Shown one piece after another: positions 40,111 through 49,137 of a stretch of 64,000 bases of DNA. Position 1 is the stretch's first letter. The number at the start of each line of letters is the position of its first letter. Below the pieces are notes generated by a model. It saw only the letters and a program-made list of their open reading frames with translations, searched no databases and was not told the DNA's origin. The translations under genes and the position numbers were made by a program. The DNA comes from Desulfurobacterium pacificum (GTDB lineage Bacteria; Aquificota; Aquificia; Desulfurobacteriales; Desulfurobacteriaceae), in contig NZ_FXUB01000001.1 of NCBI RefSeq assembly GCF_900182835.1, forward strand, positions 557,954-621,953, given 5' to 3'.

Positions 40111-41054
40111 TTTTGGTAACGGGCGGAGCAGGCTTCATAGGTTCACACCTCGTTGAAGAGATAGTAAAAAAGGAAAAAGTCGTTGTAGTGGATAACCTTT
40201 CAAGCGGAAAATTAGAGAACCTGCCAGAACACGAAAACCTTATTTTCCTGAAAGAAGACATATCGGATAAAAGCACAGTCAAGAATATCTTTGATAGCTA
40301 CCCTGTAAAAACCGTATATCATCTGGCAGCTGTTGCTTCCGTTCAAAGGTCGGTAGAGGAACCGGAAGAAACCCACAGAACAAACTTTGATTCAACTCTG
40401 TTCCTTTTAGAAGAGAGCAGAAAAAACAAAGTAAGCAAGTTTATATTTGCCTCCTCTGCAGCCGTTTACGGCGACCTTCCAGAACTGCCCAAAAGAGAGG
40501 ATATGCCCGTCAAACCGCTAACCCCTTACGGCGTTGACAAATACGCTTCCGAAAGATACGTGGTTAACAGCTTCCACCTTTACAACTTAAACGGCACAGC
40601 TCTGCGTTTTTTCAACGTTTACGGCGAAAGGCAGGACCCTTCATCCCCCTATTCCGGTGTTATTTCAATATTCATAGATAGAACTATAAAGCACCTTTCA
40701 GGTGAAGAAACGAAAATAGTCATATACGGCGATGGCAAACAAACGAGGGACTTTATCTACGTAAAAGACGTTGTTAAAGCTCTTATCCTTGTTGGCAAAT
40801 CACCTGAATCTAACGGAAAGGTTTTCAACGTGGGAACGGGCAGAGAAACCTCTCTCCTGCAGCTACTCAAAGTGATAGAAGAAATTGCCGGTGACGTTCC
40901 ACCGGTAAAGTTTGCCCCTCCCCGCAGAGGTGATGTAAAACGTTCCTGCGCAGATATAAGAAGAATTAAAGAGTTGGGGTTCCAGCCTTCCTATTCTTTG
41001 AAAGAAGGATTAAGAAAACTGTTCCAATACGAGCTTCAGAACCACAAACGATAA
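40107..41054 (+). CDS. NAD-dependent sugar-nucleotide epimerase/dehydratase (SDR). It is PelX-like, i.e. a candidate UDP-GlcNAc/UDP-Glc 4-epimerase.
   Basis: VTGGAGFIGSHL Rossmann motif and the YxxxK catalytic pattern (YGVDKY). Its 3' end converges on and overlaps the pelB-like gene. Confidence 0.75.
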   Translation: MILVTGGAGFIGSHLVEEIVKKEKVVVVDNLSSGKLENLPEHENLIFLKEDISDKSTVKNIFDSYPVKTVYHLAAVASVQRSVEEPEETHRTNFDSTLFLLEESRKNKVSKFIFASSAAVYGDLPELPKREDMPVKPLTPYGVDKYASERYVVNSFHLYNLNGTALRFFNVYGERQDPSSPYSGVISIFIDRTIKHLSGEETKIVIYGDGKQTRDFIYVKDVVKALILVGKSPESNGKVFNVGTGRETSLLQLLKVIEEIAGDVPPVKFAPPRRGDVKRSCADIRRIKELGFQPSYSLKEGLRKLFQYELQNHKR

Positions 41055-44014
41055 CCTGAAGTAATTGTCCAGCCAGAAGAGTTCGTTCCTTTAAAACCGT
41101 TAAAAACGGTTCCCTCTATATGTAAGTTGTCGTCTCCGAACAATTTTCCTCCTATCCCCAAAAGAACAGAAGCGTTCATTCCATATTTTGAGCTGTAGCT
41201 TAGAGAGGAATCAAAGTAAGGTCTCCAGACTCTGACAAAGCTGTTTCTATTCTCAAAGCCAAAGTTAAGCCCCACACCTAACTGATAGAAGCTGTCAGGC
41301 AGAACGTCGGCTGGTTTGTATTCAGATATCTTATCTGCATAAGAGTTAGTATGGTCAGATTCAGCGTATTCGTTAACAGAGAAGAAAAGCCTGAAAAGGT
41401 AATCCGGGTATCCCGAACGAGCTTTATAGGAAAGCTCTGAATAAAGCTCTCTACCTCTTCCCACGTAAACGCCGTCAACAGAGTAATACCTATCAAGGTA
41501 AAAAGAACTGAAAAATCCGTATTTGTTGGTAATAGGAAAGGAATACTCAAAACCGCCGCCGGACTTAAGAGTTGAAAAAGAAGCAATCTCTGAAACATCG
41601 CTCAAAGCGTTCACATAAAGTTTAACTGTTAACTGACTTCCCCTGTAAAAACTCCTGCTACCTTTCAGATAAAATCCCCTCCTCTCTCTACCCCCTGCTC
41701 TAAAGATAGTTACACCGCCAGAAAGCGAAGACTTGTGAAAATATCTCTTTAACCCCACGGCAACGTCAGCAGTTCCTTTTCTTTCTGACAGAACGTTTCC
41801 GCCGTTAAGAGAAAGCAGGTTGTTACTTTCAAAGGTGAAATAGGTATCATCTTCAAAATGCCAGCGCAGTTTAAAGTGCGGAGAAAGGTAGCTAAATCTA
41901 CCGCTCCTGTTAAACGTCAGGTCAGCAGAAAAAACAGAAGCGTAGTTGACAATCAGGTCTCTGAATTGACAGTAAAGCCTGTTATCTTCCCTGTTCTCTT
42001 CAAGACCCTTGTAAGCAACTACAAACGCTTTTCCGAACTTTTCTATCTCCTCAAGGGCTGCAACTCTGTCTCTTACTGGCAATATCTCTAAATACTTTGA
42101 CAATAACCTTTCCATCATATACCTGTCATCTTTGTAAAGAGCAAGAGAAAGTCTCATCCAGGGTTTCAGCTTAAAACTCTTCCTTTTCTGCAGATACTCA
42201 ACTTCTTCGTTCCTTCCGCGGTAAAGCAGGTAAGACAGGTAAATCTCTCTGGCAAAATCAGAATCCAGATAGCGTTTCAAACGAACATAATCTCTTTCAA
42301 ACTTTTCCGGTTGCTCAAAGTAGATAGCCGTGCGTAGATAAGCTTCAACGATATCCCTTCCTCTCTTTCCATTTTCAACTTCTCTCTCTGCCTTTTTAAA
42401 TATCTTAAACCTTAACTTTTTAGCTTCTCCTTCTCTGCCGTAAAGCTCTAAAACGTCCGCTTTTGTAAGCAGAAACGAAAGGCTTCTATCTTTCACAAAA
42501 TTAATGCACCGTAAAGCGTCTTTTCCGTCCTGCAAGAACAGGTATGCAGAAAGGAAATCCTCAGGTATCAGCTTTTCGTAACTTCGGTATTTTTCTAAAA
42601 CAGACTTTAAACCTTTAACGTCCTCTGCTGTAATGAGAAGGGATATGAGCTGGGATATCAGGTCGGGGGATGGGTGGGGGGATTTTTTTATGGCTGAGCG
42701 TATAAGCTTTTCTGCCCTATCAACTTCACCAATTTTTAGAAGAGCGTAAGTATAGATAGAAAAAATATCCGCATTGCTTAACAACTTTTCCCTCTGATTT
42801 TCAGGAAATCTATTGAGAAAATAAACAATATCTTTCCACCTTTTGTGTGAAGAGAGAAAAAACAGATAATAAATGAGAAAACTATCCTTTTTAAACCTTT
42901 TATAACCATCCAAAGCATACTTTGCTGCTAATTCTGGCTTTCTATAGTAAAAATACAGAACAACACGTTCATAATCATCAACACTTCCTTTCCCTTCCAA
43001 AATCAATCTCTCAGAAACTTTTACCGCAGTATCAAAATCACCAAGCGCCCAAGCAAGATTACTCAAGGTTCTCAAATAAGAAGCATCTTTCACCTTTTGC
43101 CATTCTTCCTTTAGAGAATCCAAAGATTTCCCAAACTGCCGCTTCGCAAAATAAATATGAGCAAGAAACAACCTATCTCTCGGATTTAATCCATACTTTT
43201 TTCTTAAAATCTTAAAAACCTCTAACGCCTTCTCCGTCTGTCCTCTATACCAATATATATTCGCTGCCACTCTTAAAGCTTCAGGATTATTACCATATTT
43301 TCTTACCAAGATTTCAGCAGCCTTGTCTGGCTGCCCAGCCACGTTAAACACGTTTATAACTTCTTTGAAACCTACGTTTATCCCCCTTTTAAGCATCAAA
43401 TTTAATGTTTTCATTGCTAAATCAGGTCTATTAAGCGCAAGAGACATTGAATAAAGTTCTCTCAAGTACTCCCACTTATGAAAACCAAAAACTAATTTTT
43501 CAAGTGCTTTTAGAGCAATTTCAGGCTTTCCACTCCAGGTAGCAACTGTTTTTAATCTCTCCCACCACAAATCAGAATTTGGAAACTTCTTTATTCCCAA
43601 AAGAGCTACAGTTAAAGCCTTATCTAACTTTCTATTCCCAAGATAAACGGTATAAAGAACATCCAACACACCGTTACCATGAATAACATTTTTCCTTTTT
43701 TTCTTTATTTTAGATACATCAGTAGGAACAAAAGAGTAGCTCTTAATACCTAAAGCCTTTAAAATACCTATCTTTCTCCTCAATTCCCTGACAGTAGAAG
43801 CAGTTAGAAACCTTACAGTATAGTATCCTTTATCAGTTTTATAAATAAACGCATCTCTCCTTATCTCCTGTGGAAGTTTTCTCAAAAACCCTTCTGCATA
43901 CTTATACGATGGAAACGTCGCTAACTGTATAGAGTAAGTCCCCGCAAAGACCACCTTCGGAAACAAAAGGAAAATCAACAAAACAATCCCCACTCCCCAC
44001 CAGTTACTTCTCAT
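41036..44014 (-). CDS. pelB: PelB-like outer-membrane export protein: signal peptide, SPOR-like domain, a long TPR region and a C-terminal beta-barrel porin.
   Basis: Signal peptide MRSNWWGVGIVLLIFLLFPKVVFA and a SPOR-like stretch (YSIQLATF...YYTVRF). The central region holds many helical TPR-like repeats. The C-terminal ~300 aa shows an alternating beta-strand pattern and ends in ...GYRLWF, a terminal Phe. It lies within a pel gene cluster. Confidence 0.7.
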   Translation of the reverse strand: MRSNWWGVGIVLLIFLLFPKVVFAGTYSIQLATFPSYKYAEGFLRKLPQEIRRDAFIYKTDKGYYTVRFLTASTVRELRRKIGILKALGIKSYSFVPTDVSKIKKKRKNVIHGNGVLDVLYTVYLGNRKLDKALTVALLGIKKFPNSDLWWERLKTVATWSGKPEIALKALEKLVFGFHKWEYLRELYSMSLALNRPDLAMKTLNLMLKRGINVGFKEVINVFNVAGQPDKAAEILVRKYGNNPEALRVAANIYWYRGQTEKALEVFKILRKKYGLNPRDRLFLAHIYFAKRQFGKSLDSLKEEWQKVKDASYLRTLSNLAWALGDFDTAVKVSERLILEGKGSVDDYERVVLYFYYRKPELAAKYALDGYKRFKKDSFLIYYLFFLSSHKRWKDIVYFLNRFPENQREKLLSNADIFSIYTYALLKIGEVDRAEKLIRSAIKKSPHPSPDLISQLISLLITAEDVKGLKSVLEKYRSYEKLIPEDFLSAYLFLQDGKDALRCINFVKDRSLSFLLTKADVLELYGREGEAKKLRFKIFKKAEREVENGKRGRDIVEAYLRTAIYFEQPEKFERDYVRLKRYLDSDFAREIYLSYLLYRGRNEEVEYLQKRKSFKLKPWMRLSLALYKDDRYMMERLLSKYLEILPVRDRVAALEEIEKFGKAFVVAYKGLEENREDNRLYCQFRDLIVNYASVFSADLTFNRSGRFSYLSPHFKLRWHFEDDTYFTFESNNLLSLNGGNVLSERKGTADVAVGLKRYFHKSSLSGGVTIFRAGGRERRGFYLKGSRSFYRGSQLTVKLYVNALSDVSEIASFSTLKSGGGFEYSFPITNKYGFFSSFYLDRYYSVDGVYVGRGRELYSELSYKARSGYPDYLFRLFFSVNEYAESDHTNSYADKISEYKPADVLPDSFYQLGVGLNFGFENRNSFVRVWRPYFDSSLSYSSKYGMNASVLLGIGGKLFGDDNLHIEGTVFNGFKGTNSSGWTITSGYRLWF

Positions 44015-45085
44015 TTAATTTCCTCCAGAAACCCTCTTCAAAAGCATATCAGCAATTCTCAAAGATAGCTTCCTATCGTTAATAGCTCTTGCCACACCTA
44101 AAAAGTAGTTAAGTACGCTGTCATTGTTAGAATATTTATCTAAATTCTCTTCAATAAGCTGAGAGACACTACCATAATCCCTTTTCCATAAAGCTAAGTT
44201 TATACACGTCTTAAGAACATTAAAGGATGGATTCTTTTTCAAGTAAACCTTACAAAATTCTAAAGCTCTATCGTAATCTTTATAAGAAAGCTCAAAATTC
44301 ACCAAAGTTCTAAAATCTTTGAAAGAGAACTCACCTCTATGAAGCAGGTTATAGGCTAATTGTTCAACTGTTCCCTTCTGTTTCAGATATAAAGCTGTTT
44401 TGAATAACTCTTTATCAAAATCTTTCCCAATCTCTCCTTTCCTCATCAAAATCTTTAACGTATCAGCAATCAGCTTTTTATCTCCAGAAGATATAGCAAG
44501 AACCATCAATTGCTTATAGTAATTTTCATCTCCCGTTAATTTCGCAAGTTTTTCACAACTCTTATAAGCCAAGTCCTTAAAGCCAAAGGCAAGAGCTTCC
44601 TCATAAACAAATCTATACGTTTCAATAGAAGGAAACGTCCTCTCATAAGACTCAAGAAACTTACGTATCTCTTTCCTTATTTTCTCTCTTTCCTTATTAT
44701 CCTTTTGGGCAAAATACTCCGATACAAGAATCTTAAAATCTAACTGATAAAGGAATTTTTTCTGCTTTTTATCCCTAATTTTTTCCAAATACTTTTCTAT
44801 AAGTCTATGAGCTTCTTCATACCTTCCTAACTTAACATCCTTCTCTATCAAAAGAGAAAACAACTTAGAATCAAACTTAATATCCAAAAGTTTTTCTAAA
44901 TATAATCTGGAAAGATCAAGGTTATAGTCTTCTTGAGTAAGCAGAATTTCATTCAATCTACCTTTCGGAAACATTACAAAAGCCAGAATCAAAAATAATC
45001 CAACAAAAGCTAACACTTCCCATTTAGAGAATATTTCAACGTTTACAAACTGCTTCCACTGTAACCTTTTTCTTTCTTGCTTCAA
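44015..45085 (-). CDS. Inner-membrane-anchored TPR protein. It is either a split-off N-terminal part of PelB or an accessory TPR protein.
   Basis: One N-terminal TM helix (VLAFVGLFLILAFVMF) followed by TPR-like helical repeats. Its stop directly abuts the start of the pelB-like gene. Confidence 0.55.
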   Translation of the reverse strand: MKQERKRLQWKQFVNVEIFSKWEVLAFVGLFLILAFVMFPKGRLNEILLTQEDYNLDLSRLYLEKLLDIKFDSKLFSLLIEKDVKLGRYEEAHRLIEKYLEKIRDKKQKKFLYQLDFKILVSEYFAQKDNKEREKIRKEIRKFLESYERTFPSIETYRFVYEEALAFGFKDLAYKSCEKLAKLTGDENYYKQLMVLAISSGDKKLIADTLKILMRKGEIGKDFDKELFKTALYLKQKGTVEQLAYNLLHRGEFSFKDFRTLVNFELSYKDYDRALEFCKVYLKKNPSFNVLKTCINLALWKRDYGSVSQLIEENLDKYSNNDSVLNYFLGVARAINDRKLSLRIADMLLKRVSGGN

Positions 45086-47801
45086 CCTCTACCATTCCTC
45101 CTTTCCTTTTCAAATTAACTCCATTACCCACTCTAAGAGAACAGGTATCAGCTACCCGCAAATCTGCCTTCAAAGGTAAAACTTCTGAATGCAGAACTAA
45201 ACGGTAATATCCTCTTTCTACATCTTTCCTAAAATCCTTTACCATACCGTTTGAACTCACCAGAACAAAATCGTTATCATCTCTATTAACAAAAACGATT
45301 CTCCTACATCTACTATCATCTAAAAATACGTAAATCCTGCCGTTTATCCTTCTATAACCAACAACTCCTTGAGATTTATCAATACTTGGTATCCCGCCCT
45401 TCCCCTCCAATCTAACTGTCTTCAAACTACCCGAAGAACAAAAGTACATATTTCCATCCCTATTACTTTCAGCAATACTTGCTCCCCTGAATTCCAAAAC
45501 CCGCTGGGCATATTCAGAGAGAAACATAGGAACAGTTCCTTGTCTCATAGCCCAATCGTAAACTTTCTTTAAAGCGTTGAAAGACAAAGGAAATTGAGCA
45601 GAGTAAAAATGGTAATAGATACTTATAGGCTTTAATCTTCTCGGCTTATCCGTAAGTTTAAACGTTGAAATAACTCTAACGTACCCATCTTTGATTTTCC
45701 AACCTTTCGTATAAACTTCCTCATTTTGAACAGGAGCATAAACTTGAAAAAATTTTCCCTTATTGATACCCATAGGAGAAACTTTACAAAGGTAAGGAAA
45801 AGTATCATCTATAGTTGTATCCCCTCCGTTAACGTTATAAACACCCAACTTATACGTTCTTTCAACAACCGGTGGCGGTGGGGCACAATCACCAGACCAC
45901 AACAACACTTTCGCCTTTTTACCATTAGGAGCAAGATATTTATCTATAAACTCGAGAGAATAATCAATTTCTTTCTTTACACTTGGAACATAACCGGGGA
46001 TAGGAAGATGATAACCATACTTAAGATTTCTCTTATCGGTAGGTTTCAAACCCATACTCATTCTGTAAACATCTATCCAGTTAAAAGGATGAGAATAAGT
46101 ATGACTCGCAGGCTCAACGTTAGGAAGCGAAAAAATACTTTTAGCAACTTCCATCAATTTCTTTGCCTTTTTAGGATAAAGCCCTCGTGGGTCAACTTCT
46201 CCAACTATTACAGAAACAGTATGCGGAACTTTATAAACCTTAAAAATCTTTTCTCTTAAAACTTCACCTACATATTTTCCATATTCCACAAAACTTTTAT
46301 CTGCAAACCCATCTCCATCTAAGTGAACAGTCATTATTCTCCGCCCACTCTCAGTCGTGACGTCAGGCGCAAAAGGCAATCGTCCAAAAACTTCCGAAAA
46401 CAGCCAAAACGGGTCAAAAACCCACAAACTATCGTTAAACATATCTTTAAGCAAGTAACCTGAATAACCGTAGCCGCCCCACGGAGTTATCGCAACAGGA
46501 ATGAACTTTTGACCTACAGAATTCTCTAAAACAAGCAAAGGAGTATATTTCCCTTTAGGATTTACAAAACTATCCGTAGGAAACGGATAGGCTTTAATCT
46601 CAAAACCATAAGTTCTTCCTTTATAAACAATCTTAGGAACTTCTTCGGGCTTTCTGTTGGAAACCAATTCAAAATTTAAGTGTTTTAACTGCTCAGGCGA
46701 AAAAACGCTTAAATCAACAATAAAAACCTTTATTCCTCTTTTCTTAGCTTTTAAAAGTAACTTTATTACTTTATCTTTATTTTTTTTCCCTCGTATATTC
46801 CATACAACAACGCCTTTTACATCGGAAGTTAAACTTTTTTCAGAAAAATCCCCCACACTCACCACCACCGGTTCATATCCCAACCATTCAAGCGGTAATT
46901 GAATTAACCTATGAACATCACTCTCATCAGGAATCTCTAAAGATGAGTCATAAACCAAAAGAATTTTCCTCTTCAAAATATGGAAAACTCCTTCTCCTAC
47001 CTCTGTCAAATTTTTATCAGCAACCCAAGGTATAAACCCCTCTTTTATTAACCTCTTAGCAACTCTCCTCGCCTCCTGTTCTTTATTAGACGGCAGATAG
47101 TCAATCACCACTACAGGTTTTTCTTCTTTTATCTTTTTAAGCTTATCTAACAACCATTGTCTTTCTCTATTTCCCACATCAACGTAATTAAGCTTAGCAT
47201 CTAATCCTTTATAAAGAGATTCAACAACTACCGCATCAATCAAACTTTTGACCTGAGGATAGACATCAAATCCCCTATTAACCATAATAATCTTCTTGGG
47301 ATAATTCCTCCTCAAAGCCTTGATAAACTCAACTTTTCTTCTTTCATAGCTTTTCCATTCCTTCTTAGGAAGAACCATTTGATAAGAATCAAGCGTATCC
47401 AAAAAAATCCCATCGTAACTCTTAAGCAAAGCACTTGCTTTCTTCAACATAAACTCAAAACATTCTTTATTTCTTAGATCAACAACAAAAGATTTCCACG
47501 CTTTATTCTTACCTAAAATCCAGCTTTTCCTAACGTGCTTAAAAAACTTTCTAAAAGGTTCTACCTCGCCCAAGCTAAAGTAAGCTATAAGCTTTCCCCT
47601 CCTTTTAACGTAAAACCTCTCTTTTATCTTTTCTGGAGTAAAAACATCAGGGTCAACAACTATCCAATCGTATGTATACAAAACTTGGTCTGGAGGCTCA
47701 GAATACATAAAAGCAACAGATGGCTTAACGCTTTGCGCAAAAACTTGAAATCCCCACAAAAAACTAAGTGTTAAGCATAAAAGTCCTATAATGAATCTCA
47801 T
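45036..47801 (-). CDS. pelA: PelA-like periplasmic bifunctional protein: an N-terminal GH114/GH166-type glycoside hydrolase and a C-terminal CE4 polysaccharide deacetylase.
   Basis: Signal peptide and a GH114-like TIM-barrel region (IAYFSLGEVE...GIFLDTLDSY...IMVNRGFD). A CE4-like HTYSHP motif and an upstream DGDG sequence are present. At 921 aa it is similar in length to P. aeruginosa PelA (948 aa). Confidence 0.7.
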   Translation of the reverse strand: MRFIIGLLCLTLSFLWGFQVFAQSVKPSVAFMYSEPPDQVLYTYDWIVVDPDVFTPEKIKERFYVKRRGKLIAYFSLGEVEPFRKFFKHVRKSWILGKNKAWKSFVVDLRNKECFEFMLKKASALLKSYDGIFLDTLDSYQMVLPKKEWKSYERRKVEFIKALRRNYPKKIIMVNRGFDVYPQVKSLIDAVVVESLYKGLDAKLNYVDVGNRERQWLLDKLKKIKEEKPVVVIDYLPSNKEQEARRVAKRLIKEGFIPWVADKNLTEVGEGVFHILKRKILLVYDSSLEIPDESDVHRLIQLPLEWLGYEPVVVSVGDFSEKSLTSDVKGVVVWNIRGKKNKDKVIKLLLKAKKRGIKVFIVDLSVFSPEQLKHLNFELVSNRKPEEVPKIVYKGRTYGFEIKAYPFPTDSFVNPKGKYTPLLVLENSVGQKFIPVAITPWGGYGYSGYLLKDMFNDSLWVFDPFWLFSEVFGRLPFAPDVTTESGRRIMTVHLDGDGFADKSFVEYGKYVGEVLREKIFKVYKVPHTVSVIVGEVDPRGLYPKKAKKLMEVAKSIFSLPNVEPASHTYSHPFNWIDVYRMSMGLKPTDKRNLKYGYHLPIPGYVPSVKKEIDYSLEFIDKYLAPNGKKAKVLLWSGDCAPPPPVVERTYKLGVYNVNGGDTTIDDTFPYLCKVSPMGINKGKFFQVYAPVQNEEVYTKGWKIKDGYVRVISTFKLTDKPRRLKPISIYYHFYSAQFPLSFNALKKVYDWAMRQGTVPMFLSEYAQRVLEFRGASIAESNRDGNMYFCSSGSLKTVRLEGKGGIPSIDKSQGVVGYRRINGRIYVFLDDSRCRRIVFVNRDDNDFVLVSSNGMVKDFRKDVERGYYRLVLHSEVLPLKADLRVADTCSLRVGNGVNLKRKGGMVEVEARKKKVTVEAVCKR

Positions 47802-49137
47802 AAAGAGCCCTCCTCAATAGAAGCGTAGCAAAAACAAAAGAAAAAAGCAGAGAAAACAGAAAACCGTAACCGTAAAAGTAAGGACCTCCCTTAATGCTCA
47901 GATAGGTAAAGAGAGCATTCGTAACGAAAAAAACAACAGTTGATACAACAGCTTCTCTCCGCAAGTCAAAATAAAAAAGCAGAGAAAGAACCACCATAAA
48001 GAGCAATTGCAGAGAAGTCCCTAAACACAAAATATTAAATAGAGGAATGTACAGCAGAGAAAGCTTAAACAACTTAAAAAGAGCATACTCCACCAAAAAA
48101 ACAATAACTAAAGCTATAGCCTGAATTCTAAAAACCTCTTGGATTAAAGACCTTATAGCCATAAGCATTTCATAACCTAACTCCAGGATTCTCTCTAAAG
48201 TTTCCCCTTCCCTCACAGCATCGTAGTATCTTTGATAGTATTCTGCAAATTCCCCTTCCAGTTTTAAAAAGAAAAACCCCATACCTGGCGCAATAGAAAG
48301 GTAAGCTAAAAACATCGGAACATCATAAACGATAGACGCCCTAAAAGGTCCCAGAACGTTTTCTCCCGTAGAACCTGAAAACCAAAAAAGAAACTTATCA
48401 ATCCATATTCCTAAGTTATAAAAAACACCTGCAACAGCCAAAGAGTAATAAACTCTCTTTCGGTTTAAAAAATCAAACTCAATCAATCTATCGGAAGGAA
48501 AGGATTTAAACATATAACCGACAATAAGAGAAAAAGTAATCCCCGCACCCACAAAATAAGCAATTAAAAAGCCTAACACAAAATATTTCTGCAACAAACC
48601 TGCCAGAAGAACCATAACACCAAAACCAAAAAGGAAAGAGGCAAAAACGAACTTATAACTTTTAAGTGACGTCAAAACAGTATTAGCTATCCAAAAACCA
48701 GAAAAGAGAGACATAAGAAACGCAAACAAAAGAACAAAAACTGGAGAAAGCTCCCTCACGTATAACAGCCCTACAAGTAGTCCAAAAATAAGCCCGGCAA
48801 TCATGCTAAGTGTAAGAGCTCCAATAAAATTAGGGAGAACTCTATCTATTTCCTTGCTAAAAATCCTATCCGCTACGTACCTGCTGAACAGCAGTTGCAA
48901 AGGAGAAGAAACTATTAAGCTCAAAGCCGTTACATAAGTAATAACTATCTGACATTTCCTAACAAAATCGTTGTCTCCAGAAACCTTCCCTGCAACTATA
49001 CCTGCAACTAATATCGCAACAATAGACACTATCCAAGGTCCTGCACTTAGAGAGACAGAATATGCAAAAGAAAGCAGGATTGAAGACAGCCTATTACTCT
49101 TTAATAACCTTTTTAGTTCAAACGATATCCCTGCCAT
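47764..49137 (-). CDS. pelG: PelG-like 12-TM polysaccharide transporter (MATE/MOP-like).
   Basis: The MAGISFELKRLL N-terminus resembles P. aeruginosa PelG (MAGIGFELRK...). It has about 12 hydrophobic helices and is 457 aa, against 456 aa for PelG. Confidence 0.75.
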   Translation of the reverse strand: MAGISFELKRLLKSNRLSSILLSFAYSVSLSAGPWIVSIVAILVAGIVAGKVSGDNDFVRKCQIVITYVTALSLIVSSPLQLLFSRYVADRIFSKEIDRVLPNFIGALTLSMIAGLIFGLLVGLLYVRELSPVFVLLFAFLMSLFSGFWIANTVLTSLKSYKFVFASFLFGFGVMVLLAGLLQKYFVLGFLIAYFVGAGITFSLIVGYMFKSFPSDRLIEFDFLNRKRVYYSLAVAGVFYNLGIWIDKFLFWFSGSTGENVLGPFRASIVYDVPMFLAYLSIAPGMGFFFLKLEGEFAEYYQRYYDAVREGETLERILELGYEMLMAIRSLIQEVFRIQAIALVIVFLVEYALFKLFKLSLLYIPLFNILCLGTSLQLLFMVVLSLLFYFDLRREAVVSTVVFFVTNALFTYLSIKGGPYFYGYGFLFSLLFSFVFATLLLRRALYEIHYRTFMLNT

